A DNA stretch of 64,000 bases from Lachnospiraceae bacterium. Lineage in GTDB: Bacteria; Bacillota; Clostridia; Lachnospirales; Lachnospiraceae. Positions 48,296-56,815 of this stretch are shown here, piece by piece. The stretch is from the NCBI GenBank assembly GCA_022791815.1, contig JAAVZU010000006.1:15186-79185 (forward strand). The letters run 5' to 3'. The translations under genes and the position numbers were made by a program. The notes beneath the pieces were generated by a model. That model ran no database searches. It saw only the letters and a list, made by a program, of their open reading frames with translations, and had not been told where the DNA came from. Each line of letters starts with the position of its first letter. Position 1 is the stretch's first letter.

Positions 48296-49753
48296 GTGGA
48301 TTTGTTAAGTTTAACTGCCGTGGAGTTGTCAAAAAAGATTAAGGCGAAAGAAGTAACTGTAATGGAAGCAACAAAAGCGGTAATTAACCAGATTGAAAAA
48401 ATAGAAGACAAGATAAATAGTTATGTAACTGTAGATAAAGAAGGAGCCTTAAGACGGGCAGAAGAGGTGCAAAAACTAATAGAGGAAGGCAGTCTTACTG
48501 GACCTTTGGCAGGTGTACCTGTTGCAATTAAGGATAATATGTGTACAAAAGGAATATTGACTACTTGCAGTTCTAAGATCCTTGAGAATTTTTATCCTAC
48601 GTATACTGCACAAGCAGTTTTAAATTTGGAAGAAGCAGGAGTGGTAATTATTGGCAAAACAAATATGGATGAGTTTGCTATGGGAAGTACCACAGAGACT
48701 TCTGCCTATGGACCAACTAAGAATCCTTGGAATATAGAACATGTTCCAGGAGGGTCTTCTGGAGGTTCTTGTAGTGCAGTTTCTGCCAATGAATGTTTTT
48801 TTGCATTAGGTTCTGATACAGGTGGTTCTATCCGCCAGCCAAGTTCCTTTTGTGGAGTAACAGGTATCAAGCCAACTTATGGTACAGTGTCCCGTTACGG
48901 ATTGATTGCGTATGGTTCTTCTCTTGACCAGATTGGACCGATTGCAAAAGATGTAACTGATTGTGCAGTTATTTTAGAGACAATTGCATCTTATGATAAG
49001 AAAGACAGTACATCTGTAGCAAGGGAAGATTATAATTTTACAGAAGCATTAGTAGATGATGTGTCAGGTATGAAGATTGGTATTCCAAAAGACTATTTTG
49101 GAGAAGGATTGGAAGAAGAGGTTAAAGAAGCTGTCTTTGCAGCTGCTAAGGAATTAGAGAAAAAGGGAGCCATTATAGAAGAATTTGATTTAGGGCTTGT
49201 AGATTATGCAATACCTGCTTACTATGTAATAGCAGCAGCAGAGGCAAGTTCTAATCTGGCACGCTTTGACGGGGTAAAATATGGATATCGTTCCGAAGAT
49301 TATAATGGACTACATTCTATGTATAAGAAGACCCGTTCAGAAGGATTTGGACAAGAAGTAAAACGTCGTATAATGCTTGGCTCATTTGTGCTTAGTTCTG
49401 GTTATTATGATGCATATTATTTGAAAGCACTTAGAACGAAAGCACTCATTAAACAGGAATTTGATAAAGCATTTGAGAAGTATGATGTGATTCTTGGACC
49501 AGCAGCCCCAACTACTGCACCTAAAATTGGTGATAGTCTGTGTGATCCGATTAAAATGTATTTAGGAGATATTTATACTATTTCCGTAAATCTGGCAGGA
49601 CTTCCTGGTATCAGTATACCATGTGGTATAGATAGCAAAGGACTTCCAATTGGTCTGCAATTAATTGGAGACTGTTTTAAGGAGAAGAATATCATTCGTG
49701 CTGCTTATGCATTTGAGCAGACCAGAGATTATATATCCCCTTTTGATAAATAG
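48296..49753 (+). CDS. gatA: Glutamyl-tRNA(Gln)/aspartyl-tRNA(Asn) amidotransferase subunit A
   Basis: Amidase signature GGSSGGSCSAVSANECFFALGSDTGGSIRQPSSFCG. GTG start after AGGAGG. Confidence 0.95.
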   Translation: MDLLSLTAVELSKKIKAKEVTVMEATKAVINQIEKIEDKINSYVTVDKEGALRRAEEVQKLIEEGSLTGPLAGVPVAIKDNMCTKGILTTCSSKILENFYPTYTAQAVLNLEEAGVVIIGKTNMDEFAMGSTTETSAYGPTKNPWNIEHVPGGSSGGSCSAVSANECFFALGSDTGGSIRQPSSFCGVTGIKPTYGTVSRYGLIAYGSSLDQIGPIAKDVTDCAVILETIASYDKKDSTSVAREDYNFTEALVDDVSGMKIGIPKDYFGEGLEEEVKEAVFAAAKELEKKGAIIEEFDLGLVDYAIPAYYVIAAAEASSNLARFDGVKYGYRSEDYNGLHSMYKKTRSEGFGQEVKRRIMLGSFVLSSGYYDAYYLKALRTKALIKQEFDKAFEKYDVILGPAAPTTAPKIGDSLCDPIKMYLGDIYTISVNLAGLPGISIPCGIDSKGLPIGLQLIGDCFKEKNIIRAAYAFEQTRDYISPFDK

Positions 49754-49824
49754 GAGAGAAGTAGCAATTACCTAATAGTTTAAGTGGCTAAAAGGAAAAG
49801 ACAAAAAGATAGATGGAGGTAGTC

Positions 49825-51261
49825 ATGAGTAAACAGTACGAAACAGTCATTGGACTTGAAGTCCATGTGGAATTAGCTACAAAAACAAAGATATTTTGTT
49901 CTTGCAGCACAGAATTTGGAGGAGCACCCAATACCCATACATGTCCTGTATGTACAGGTATGCCAGGATCCCTTCCTGTTTTGAATAAACAAGTGGTAGA
50001 ATATGCAATAGCAGTAGGATTGGCTACAAATTGTACCATTACACAAAATTGTAAATTTGATCGTAAGAATTATTTTTATCCAGATAATCCTCAAAATTAT
50101 CAGATATCCCAGTTGTATTTGCCAATTTGCAGAAATGGAAGTGTGGAAATTGAAACAGAAGAAGGAAAGAAAGCTATAGGGATTCATGAGATTCATATGG
50201 AAGAGGATGCAGGAAAGCTGGTTCATGATGACTGGGATGATTGTTCTTTAGTTGACTTCAACCGTTCTGGAGTTCCTTTGATAGAGATTGTTTCTGAACC
50301 AGATATGCGTTCTTCGGAGGAGGTAATTGCTTACCTTGAGAAACTTAGAATGATTATCCAATATCTTGGAGCATCCGATTGTAAACTAAACGAAGGATCT
50401 ATGCGTGCAGATGTAAATCTATCTGTAAGAGAAGTAGGAGCTAAGGAGTTTGGAACCAGAACAGAGATGAAAAATCTGAACTCTTTTAAAGCAATTGCCA
50501 GAGCAATTGAATCCGAAAGAGAACGACAGATTGACTTAATCGAATCTGGTGAAGAGGTAGTGCAGGAAACTAGACGTTGGGATGATACTAAGGAATATTC
50601 TTATGCAATGCGTTCTAAAGAAGATGCACAGGATTACCGTTATTTTCCTGATCCAGATTTAGTACCAGTAGTAATTAGTGATGAATGGCTAGAAGAAGTG
50701 AGAAAACGCCAACCAGAACTTCGTGATGAAAAAATGGCAAGATATGCAAAAGAGTTTGAGATTCCTGAATATGATATTTCTATTATAACATCCTCTAAGC
50801 ATTTAGCTGATATCTTTGAAGAAACAGTTGCAATATGTAATAATCCAAAGAAAGTATCCAATTGGCTTATGGTGGAGACCATGCGTTTGTTAAAGGAGCA
50901 TGATATGGAACCAGAAGATATTCGTTTTTCTCCTGCTAATTTGGCAAAATTAATTGAGTTAGCAGAGTCTAAGGCAATTAATAGCAGTGTGGCAAAGGAA
51001 GTTTTTGAAAAAGTCTTTGACGAAGACATTGATCCAGAAGAATATGTGGAAAGACATGGATTAAGGGCAGTTAATGATGAAGGGGCTTTAAGAGCAACTA
51101 TAGAAAAAATTGTAGAAGCAAATCCTCAGTCAGTAGAAGACTATAGAAATGGGAAAAAGAAAGCGATTGGATTCTTGGTTGGACAAACTATGAAAGAAAT
51201 GAAGGGCAAGGCAGATCCAGGAATGATAAATCAGATATTAACAGATATTTTAGAAGGATAA
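49825..51261 (+). CDS. gatB: Glutamyl-tRNA(Gln)/aspartyl-tRNA(Asn) amidotransferase subunit B
   Basis: YETVIGLEVHVEL, HMEEDAGK and NRSGVPLIEIVSEPD motifs. ATG 49825 follows GGAGG. Confidence 0.95.
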   Translation: MSKQYETVIGLEVHVELATKTKIFCSCSTEFGGAPNTHTCPVCTGMPGSLPVLNKQVVEYAIAVGLATNCTITQNCKFDRKNYFYPDNPQNYQISQLYLPICRNGSVEIETEEGKKAIGIHEIHMEEDAGKLVHDDWDDCSLVDFNRSGVPLIEIVSEPDMRSSEEVIAYLEKLRMIIQYLGASDCKLNEGSMRADVNLSVREVGAKEFGTRTEMKNLNSFKAIARAIESERERQIDLIESGEEVVQETRRWDDTKEYSYAMRSKEDAQDYRYFPDPDLVPVVISDEWLEEVRKRQPELRDEKMARYAKEFEIPEYDISIITSSKHLADIFEETVAICNNPKKVSNWLMVETMRLLKEHDMEPEDIRFSPANLAKLIELAESKAINSSVAKEVFEKVFDEDIDPEEYVERHGLRAVNDEGALRATIEKIVEANPQSVEDYRNGKKKAIGFLVGQTMKEMKGKADPGMINQILTDILEG

Positions 51262-51321
51262 TATATAACAACCATTAGGATATCTGAAAAAGAAAAGAGA
51301 ATAGAAAGGACAAGATGTATT

Positions 51322-51702
51322 ATGAAAAAAATTATCAGTACAGAAAAGGCACCAGCAGCAATAGGACCATACTCTCAGGCAATTGAAGTAAATAATATGG
51401 TATTTACTTCAGGAGTAATTCCAATTATTCCAGAGACTGGAGAGTTAGTGAGTGGAGGAATTGAAGAACAGGCAGATCAGGCAATTGGCAATCTTGCAGC
51501 TTTGCTTTCTGAGGCTGGTGTGAGCATGGAGAATGTAATTAAAACTACTGTATTTATTAAAGACATGAATGATTTTGCAAAAGTGAATGAAGTTTATGCA
51601 AAATATTTTACATCCCAATTTCCGGCTCGTTCTTGTGTGGAAGTTGCAAGACTTCCTAAAGATGTATTGATTGAAATAGAAGCAATTGGTATGAAAGGTT
51701 AG
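51322..51702 (+). CDS. ridA: RidA/YjgF-family reactive enamine/imine deaminase
   Basis: 126 aa: [12 protein letters not shown]...[20 protein letters not shown]. Confidence 0.9.
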   Translation: MKKIISTEKAPAAIGPYSQAIEVNNMVFTSGVIPIIPETGELVSGGIEEQADQAIGNLAALLSEAGVSMENVIKTTVFIKDMNDFAKVNEVYAKYFTSQFPARSCVEVARLPKDVLIEIEAIGMKG

Positions 51703-51709
51703 GTAATAT

Positions 51710-52711
51710 ATGGGGAACTATGACAAGACTGAAAAAAATTTAGAAGTTATGGAACCCGGTTATGAAAAAGCAGATAGTTTAGTAGAAACTACCAGGGTAC
51801 AAGGGAACAATTGGTTGCTCCTAATTACCCTGGTAAGTTATTTTTTCTGCTCTTTTGTATGGAAAGAAGCAGCGAATCTATTTGGCAGCCGGATTCCTTT
51901 TTTACAAAGTACCATGTGTAGTGTATTAGTATCTCAGACGGGGCTAATTGTGCCTACAATTTGTTATTTGTGGAAAAATAAATACAATCCAGTTCATTTT
52001 TTAAAGTTACACTTTTTGCATCCACTTACCATAGTTTTATTGGTAGTGTTTGCGTATGCTAGTTATCCTATTATCGTTTTTTGCAATTATCTATCTCTTC
52101 AAGTATCAGAAAATATAGTGGGAAGTTCTCTAGGCAGCTTATATACAGAATATCCTGTATGGGTATGTGTGGTTGTGATTGCAGGTATTCCATGTATCGT
52201 TGAAGAAATTATCTTTCGAGGATCATTGTATCAAACATACCAGAATGCAGGACTGATAAAAGCAGGTGTGGTTACTGCTATTCTATTTGGCTTTTTCCAC
52301 TTAAATATTAATCAGATGTCTTATGCGATTGTGCTTGGTCTGTTTTTTGTTATCTTAAATGAGATAACAGGATCTATTTTAAGTTCGATGATTGTACATT
52401 TCTTGATAAATGGAACATCTGTATACTTAAGTAGTAAAACATATTCTGCAGCAAATAATATTTCTGTGGATACAGCAAATGCAATGCTGCCAAATGAACT
52501 TGTTATTCTGGTATTAGCATTTATGTCATTGGTATCTTTGGTTATTCTTGCTGTATTACTATATTCTATTGCTTGTTTGGAAAAACGGCAGGAGAAAGTA
52601 AAAGAAATATGGGAGGCAAAGGGGCAGCAAACAGGAAAGATTATATCACCTTCTCTTATTGGAACATTGATAGTTTGTGTAGGTATGATGATATGGAATC
52701 AAATAAATTAA
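51710..52711 (+). CDS. CPBP-family intramembrane glutamic endopeptidase (CAAX protease/Abi-like)
   Basis: Motif 1 is EEIIFRGSLY, motif 2 is FGFFH and motif 3 is HFLIN. Multiple TM helices. Confidence 0.85.
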   Translation: MGNYDKTEKNLEVMEPGYEKADSLVETTRVQGNNWLLLITLVSYFFCSFVWKEAANLFGSRIPFLQSTMCSVLVSQTGLIVPTICYLWKNKYNPVHFLKLHFLHPLTIVLLVVFAYASYPIIVFCNYLSLQVSENIVGSSLGSLYTEYPVWVCVVVIAGIPCIVEEIIFRGSLYQTYQNAGLIKAGVVTAILFGFFHLNINQMSYAIVLGLFFVILNEITGSILSSMIVHFLINGTSVYLSSKTYSAANNISVDTANAMLPNELVILVLAFMSLVSLVILAVLLYSIACLEKRQEKVKEIWEAKGQQTGKIISPSLIGTLIVCVGMMIWNQIN

Positions 52712-52893
52712 GAAGTTTTGTGGCATAGAGAAATAGTAATTTTTATAAATAGCTTGAAAGTAGATTAAAACTATAGTTGTATAAAATTCTACTATTGTAG
52801 AAAAATAAAAATTATATAATAAAAACAATCCTTGATAATAGGGCGTTTTTTTCTGAAAAATGATATCAGAATTTAACAATTTATTTCGTGGAC

Positions 52894-52922
52894 TTGACAA
52901 AAAGTGAAATCTTCGGTATAAT
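52894..52922 (+). promoter_or_regulatory. Consensus sigma-A promoter for the NlpC/P60 gene
   Basis: TTGACA, 17-nt spacer, TATAAT (both hexamers perfect). Confidence 0.6.
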
Positions 52923-52983
52923 GTGTCTGTGTTGTTGTAACAAATAATTAACAATTTAGAAAAAGAAAGGTCGTGATTGACGA

Positions 52984-54333
52984 ATGAAGAAGCGTTCAAT
53001 AGCTAAAGTGACTCTGTGTTGTGGAGCAGTATTAGCTATCGTTGCAACTACAAAGGCACCTGTCGTTTCATCGGCAACACTTTGTGGAGAAAAAGGACTT
53101 GCAGGTATATCCATTACCTTAGATAAATATTGTGCAACAGAGGGAGAAACAGTTACTGGCGAAAACCAAATACCAGGAGGCAGTGTAGTGTCTCAGTCAG
53201 CGGTATCCCAGTCAGCAGTATCTCAATCAGCAGTTGATGAGAATACTCAGTTTGATAATATTGGTATTTCTATTGCGGATAACTATGTAAATATTCGTAA
53301 AAAGGCCAGTGAAGAAAGTAAAGTAATTGGTAAATTATATAAGGGTGCAGCAGCAACTATTTTAGGAACAGATGGACAGTGGGTAAAGGTTGAATCTGGC
53401 AGCTGTACTGGTTATATTAATCAGGAATTTCTTGCAATGGGATTACGTGCAGAGGAACTGGCAGATGAATATGGGAAAAAAGTTGCAACTGTAACAGCAA
53501 CGACTTTGAAAGTAAGAGAGAAAGCAAATATAGAAGCTTCATGTCTTACTATGATCCCAATTGGTGAGACTTATGAAGTTGTAAAAGAAACTGATGAGTG
53601 GGTTAAGATTAAAGTAGAAGATGAAGAAATTAAAGGCTTTGTATCTAAAGAATATGTAGATATAGATGTAAAGTTTGAAAAAGCGATTTCTATTAAAGAA
53701 GAGAAAGAACAGCTTCGTAGAGAAGCAGAAGCAGCAAGAGCGGCAGAAGAAGCAGCGAGAGCAGCAGAGGAGGCAGCAAGAGCAGAAGAGGAGTCAAGAA
53801 ATTCAGTAACAAGCAATAGCTCTACTTCAAGCAATTCTGGAACTTCAAGCAGTTCAAGTTCATCGGGAAGTTCAAGTTCTTCAGGAAGTTCAAGTTCTTC
53901 AAAGAAACCTTCTTCAAGTAGCAGTTCAAGTTCATCGGGAAGTTCTGATAGTGGTACTGTAAAAGGAAGTGGAACAGGTTCAGAAGTTGCATCTTATGCA
54001 TTGCAATTTGTTGGTAATCCTTATGTATGGGGAGGAAGCAGTTTAACAGGAGGAGCAGATTGCTCTGGATTTGTTATGGCTGTATATTCTCATTTTGGAG
54101 TGTCACTACCACATTCATCTTCTTCACAATCTTCTTATGGAACAAGTGTAAGCTTGTCTAATGCCCAGCCAGGTGATTTAGTATTCTATGGTAATAGTGG
54201 AGTTAATCACGTTGGAATTTACATAGGTGGAGGAAGAATCGTACACGCAAAAGGAAGAAAATATGGAATTACAACAGACGCTGTAGGTTATAGCTCTAAG
54301 AGAATAATTTGTGTGAAACGTATTTTGAAATAG
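52984..54333 (+). CDS. Secreted cell-wall hydrolase: SH3-like repeats, low-complexity linker, C-terminal NlpC/P60 domain
   Basis: Signal peptide, then two SH3b-like modules (YVNIRKKASEESKVIGKLYKG..., TLKVREKANIEAS...). NlpC/P60 core is GADCSGFVMAVYSHFG...HVGIYIGGGRIVHA. Confidence 0.88.
   Translation: MKKRSIAKVTLCCGAVLAIVATTKAPVVSSATLCGEKGLAGISITLDKYCATEGETVTGENQIPGGSVVSQSAVSQSAVSQSAVDENTQFDNIGISIADNYVNIRKKASEESKVIGKLYKGAAATILGTDGQWVKVESGSCTGYINQEFLAMGLRAEELADEYGKKVATVTATTLKVREKANIEASCLTMIPIGETYEVVKETDEWVKIKVEDEEIKGFVSKEYVDIDVKFEKAISIKEEKEQLRREAEAARAAEEAARAAEEAARAEEESRNSVTSNSSTSSNSGTSSSSSSSGSSSSSGSSSSSKKPSSSSSSSSSGSSDSGTVKGSGTGSEVASYALQFVGNPYVWGGSSLTGGADCSGFVMAVYSHFGVSLPHSSSSQSSYGTSVSLSNAQPGDLVFYGNSGVNHVGIYIGGGRIVHAKGRKYGITTDAVGYSSKRIICVKRILK
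53682..53945 (+). repeat. In-frame low-complexity repeats within the NlpC/P60 gene (EAARAAE x3, then poly-Ser/Gly tract)
   Basis: AEAARAAEEAARAAEEAARAEEE followed by ~45 residues that are almost all Ser (SSSSSSGSSSSSGSSSSS...). A separate SQSAV x3 repeat lies at ~53190-53235. Confidence 0.85.
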
Positions 54334-54366
54334 TTTGAATCGTATTGTGAATATTGAATAATATAA

Positions 54367-54399
54367 ATTGCACCAATAAGCTCGCTTATTTGGTGCAAT
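54367..54399 (+). terminator. Rho-independent terminator after the NlpC/P60 gene
   Basis: ATTGCACCAATAAG...CTTATTTGGTGCAAT followed by a T-rich tail. Confidence 0.75.
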
Positions 54400-54588
54400 T
54401 TTCTGTTTGATTTTAATAAAAGAGAGAAATGAATAAGAGGGATATTTGCACATTGTGCCTAAATATGATATAATAAATAAGAAGTAAGAATTATATCATT
54501 ATTTATAAGCAGATTCTAGTTGGGGTGACAGTGGACTATAATGTGAAGTGTGAATAATGGAAAATAAATCTAAGAAGGAGGAAAGCAT

Positions 54589-54960
54589 ATGCAAGAGAGA
54601 AGACAGTATAAAAGGTTGCCAATAGAACTTGATTTAGAGATTAAGAAAGTGTATAAGCAAGATTATGTAGTGATTGAAGATGTGGATGCTGAGATTTCGG
54701 TTTTTGATATATCAAAATCTGGAATTGGATTTGTCTCAAAGGCAAAATTGCCAATAGATTTTTATTTTGATGGAAAGATTAAACTTGGAGATATAGACTA
54801 TTTTTATGCAGTTATACATATTGTACGTGGCGAAGTAAATGCAAATGGTGAAGGTAATGCTTACGGTGCGGAGTTTGTAGGATTGGCACCATTTTTGGCA
54901 AATAAGATTGATGATTATGAAAAAAATATGACATTAAATAAAAGAAGGATTGGCGTGTAA
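54589..54960 (+). CDS. Stand-alone PilZ-domain protein (putative c-di-GMP receptor)
   Basis: RRQYKR (RxxxR) and DISKSGIGF (DxSxxG) motifs at the expected spacing. 123 aa. Confidence 0.8.
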   Translation: MQERRQYKRLPIELDLEIKKVYKQDYVVIEDVDAEISVFDISKSGIGFVSKAKLPIDFYFDGKIKLGDIDYFYAVIHIVRGEVNANGEGNAYGAEFVGLAPFLANKIDDYEKNMTLNKRRIGV

Positions 54961-54974
54961 TTCAATGATGAAGA

Positions 54975-55016
54975 AAAATGCTGTTATACAGAGAATTTCT
55001 GTTTGACAGCATTTTT
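54975..55016 (+). terminator. Rho-independent terminator after the PilZ gene
   Basis: AAAATGCTGT...ACAGCATTTT with an inner ACAGA/TCTGT stem and a T-run. Confidence 0.7.
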
Positions 55017-55234
55017 TGCTTTATAAAAAGTTCTAAATGTATTAAGTAAGACTGTTTTTTTACGTTGTTTTGGATATATTAAAATAGATGAATTACAAAG
55101 GAAATAATAGCAATTAGATGTCACAAATTGTCGAAAAATGAGAAAATTAACTTATTATGCCAATGTGTACAATATGCACAATAATTTTAAGGGAGAAAAC
55201 CTGTTTAGGTGTCTGAGATAGGAATTGATAAAAG

Positions 55235-55319
55235 TTATCCACGTTTATCCACATATATAAGTGAATAAAAAACGTGAAAAATAAGTTATACACCGAGTTA
55301 TCCACAAGTGTGTGGATAA
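55235..55319. promoter_or_regulatory. Cluster of DnaA boxes
   Basis: TTATCCACG (55235-55243), TTATCCACA (55245-55253), degenerate TTATACACC (55286-55294), TTATCCACA (55298-55306), and TGTGGATAA (55311-55319, inverted). A very AT-rich tract follows at ~55340-55470. Confidence 0.7.
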
Positions 55320-55542
55320 CTTTGACGAAAAAAATGTGTCAAGCACGAAATTTTGTTTTGTCATATCTGTAAAAATGTAGAAAAAAAGAGAAAAAATATA
55401 ATCTGACAAATATAGAAAATAACAGATAATTATTGTTATTTTGCTTGAAATTTATAATACTGATAAAGTTTGGTTGTTTGACACGAAATGGCAGTTTGTT
55501 GGTAATTGATATGATAAAAGCATGGAAAAGAAAGTTTTCAAG

Positions 55543-55571
55543 TTGCACGAGAGGACAAGACATGGTATAAT
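55543..55571 (+). promoter_or_regulatory. Sigma-A-type promoter for hpf (extended -10)
   Basis: TTGCAC, 17-nt spacer ending in TGG, then TATAAT. Confidence 0.55.
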
Positions 55572-55679
55572 ATGGATAGAGCGTTAGGTGTGCGAAATGG
55601 CATTTGGGGCTTATAAGGGGAAGGCTTTCAGTTGGGGTTATTGGAACCTTTCAATAATACAGTAAAGGAGTTGGACATT

Positions 55680-56207
55680 ATGCGTTATATTATTAGTGGA
55701 AAGAACATTGACGTGACAGAAGGACTGAAAGAGGCTATCTATGAAAAAATAGGTAAGCTGGAGAGATATTTCACAGATGACACAGAAGTTCATGTTACAT
55801 TTGGTGTGGAGAAGGAGAGACAGAAGATTGAAGTAACAATTCCGATGAAAGGGAATATTATTCGTGCAGAACAGGAGAGTACGGATATGTATGTTTCTAT
55901 TGATTTAGTGGAAGAGATTATCGAACGTCAGCTTCGTAAGTATAAAAATAAAATTGTAGAAAAGAAACAATCAGGAAGTGGATTGAATCAGGCTTTTATT
56001 GAAGAAGATATACCAGATGATGAACAGATTGAGATTATTCGTTCTAAACGTTTTGCAGTAAAACCAATGGATGCAGAAGAGGCTTGTGTGCAGATGGAAT
56101 TGCTTGGACATGATTTTTATGTATTCCGCAATGCAGAAACGGATGAAGTGAATGTGGTTTATAAGAGAAAGAAGAATTCTTATGGATTGATTGAGCCAGA
56201 ATGTTAG
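55680..56207 (+). CDS. hpf: Ribosome hibernation-promoting factor (long HPF)
   Basis: MRYIISGKNIDVTEGLKEAIYEKIGKLERYF N-terminal S30AE domain plus a C-terminal dimerisation domain (FYVFRNAETDEVNVVYKRKKNSYGLIEP). ATG 55680 follows AAGGAG. Confidence 0.92.
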   Translation: MRYIISGKNIDVTEGLKEAIYEKIGKLERYFTDDTEVHVTFGVEKERQKIEVTIPMKGNIIRAEQESTDMYVSIDLVEEIIERQLRKYKNKIVEKKQSGSGLNQAFIEEDIPDDEQIEIIRSKRFAVKPMDAEEACVQMELLGHDFYVFRNAETDEVNVVYKRKKNSYGLIEPEC

Positions 56208-56233
56208 GAAAATGTTGAGTGTTATTTAATTAT

Positions 56234-56276
56234 AGAGTTATTGTTTTTTTGTTTAAGAAAACAATAACTCTTTTTC
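56234..56276 (+). terminator. Rho-independent terminator after hpf
   Basis: AGAGTTATTGTTTT...AAAACAATAACTCT, 14-bp stem followed by TTTTT. Confidence 0.85.
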
Positions 56277-56737
56277 TATATAAGATAAATAGATAATTCT
56301 TTTATTGAATTAAAAAAGAGAAGCTATGGAAAATTTTAAGAAAACTAAAGAAAGAGAAAAACAGAGGTATAATTAGTGTAAAAAATATCGAAATAAATCA
56401 GAATATATCTTACAAATTTATAAATGTGCAAGAAATTTAAGAAAAACTTGTTGAATCCTAGGTTTAGTAATGTTACAATAAAAGACAGTAGCTTTTCTGA
56501 AATAATAGAAAGGTTTTAAGACTTGATGATATACAGCTTGTGATAATGTGAAGGCTGTTATATGCTAAATGGGAAAGACTCTCTCCTTTATAGTATAGGT
56601 GGTGAGTGATAAATCTGTATCAGTGGTAAGATTGTATATACAACTTGATATAGCTCCCATCAGGTGTGCGGATTTATATTTTTTAGGAAAACTGACCCGT
56701 ACATTGCTGTAAGATTGTCGATGACATTCTTAAAAGT

Positions 56738-56781
56738 AAACAACTATGCCTGCTTTGCAGGTACTACTATGAATGAAAGGG
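56738..56781 (+). repeat. Family-2 repeat fragment (5' hairpin + CTATGAATGAAAG) 35 nt before the secA start
   Basis: AAACAACTATGCCTGC-ttt-GCAGGTACTACTATGAATGAAAGGG. The hairpin keeps pairing with a different stem sequence (CCTGC/GCAGG versus CTGCC/GGCAG). Confidence 0.6.
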
Positions 56782-56815
56782 AAAATGCATAAAAACAAAA
56801 TGCAGAGGTGTTAAA

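Noticed and set aside
52646-52999. 117-aa minus-strand ORF between the CPBP protease and NlpC/P60 genes
   Set aside because: It spans an AT-rich intergenic region containing a perfect consensus sigma-A promoter for the + strand gene. Its translation is Asn/Ile/Tyr/Phe-rich junk.
55339-55563. 74-aa minus-strand ORF in the hpf upstream region
   Set aside because: It lies in the very AT-rich tract next to the DnaA boxes, has no RBS, gives a low-complexity Phe/Ile/Asn-rich translation, and overlaps the predicted hpf promoter.
55020-55680. Possibility that the DnaA-box cluster plus AT-rich tract is the chromosomal oriC
   Set aside because: No dnaA, dnaN, rpmH or gyrB/gyrA-type origin-proximal genes are adjacent. 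The neighbours are PilZ and hpf-secA-prfB. It is kept as a DnaA-box cluster finding, not as an origin call.
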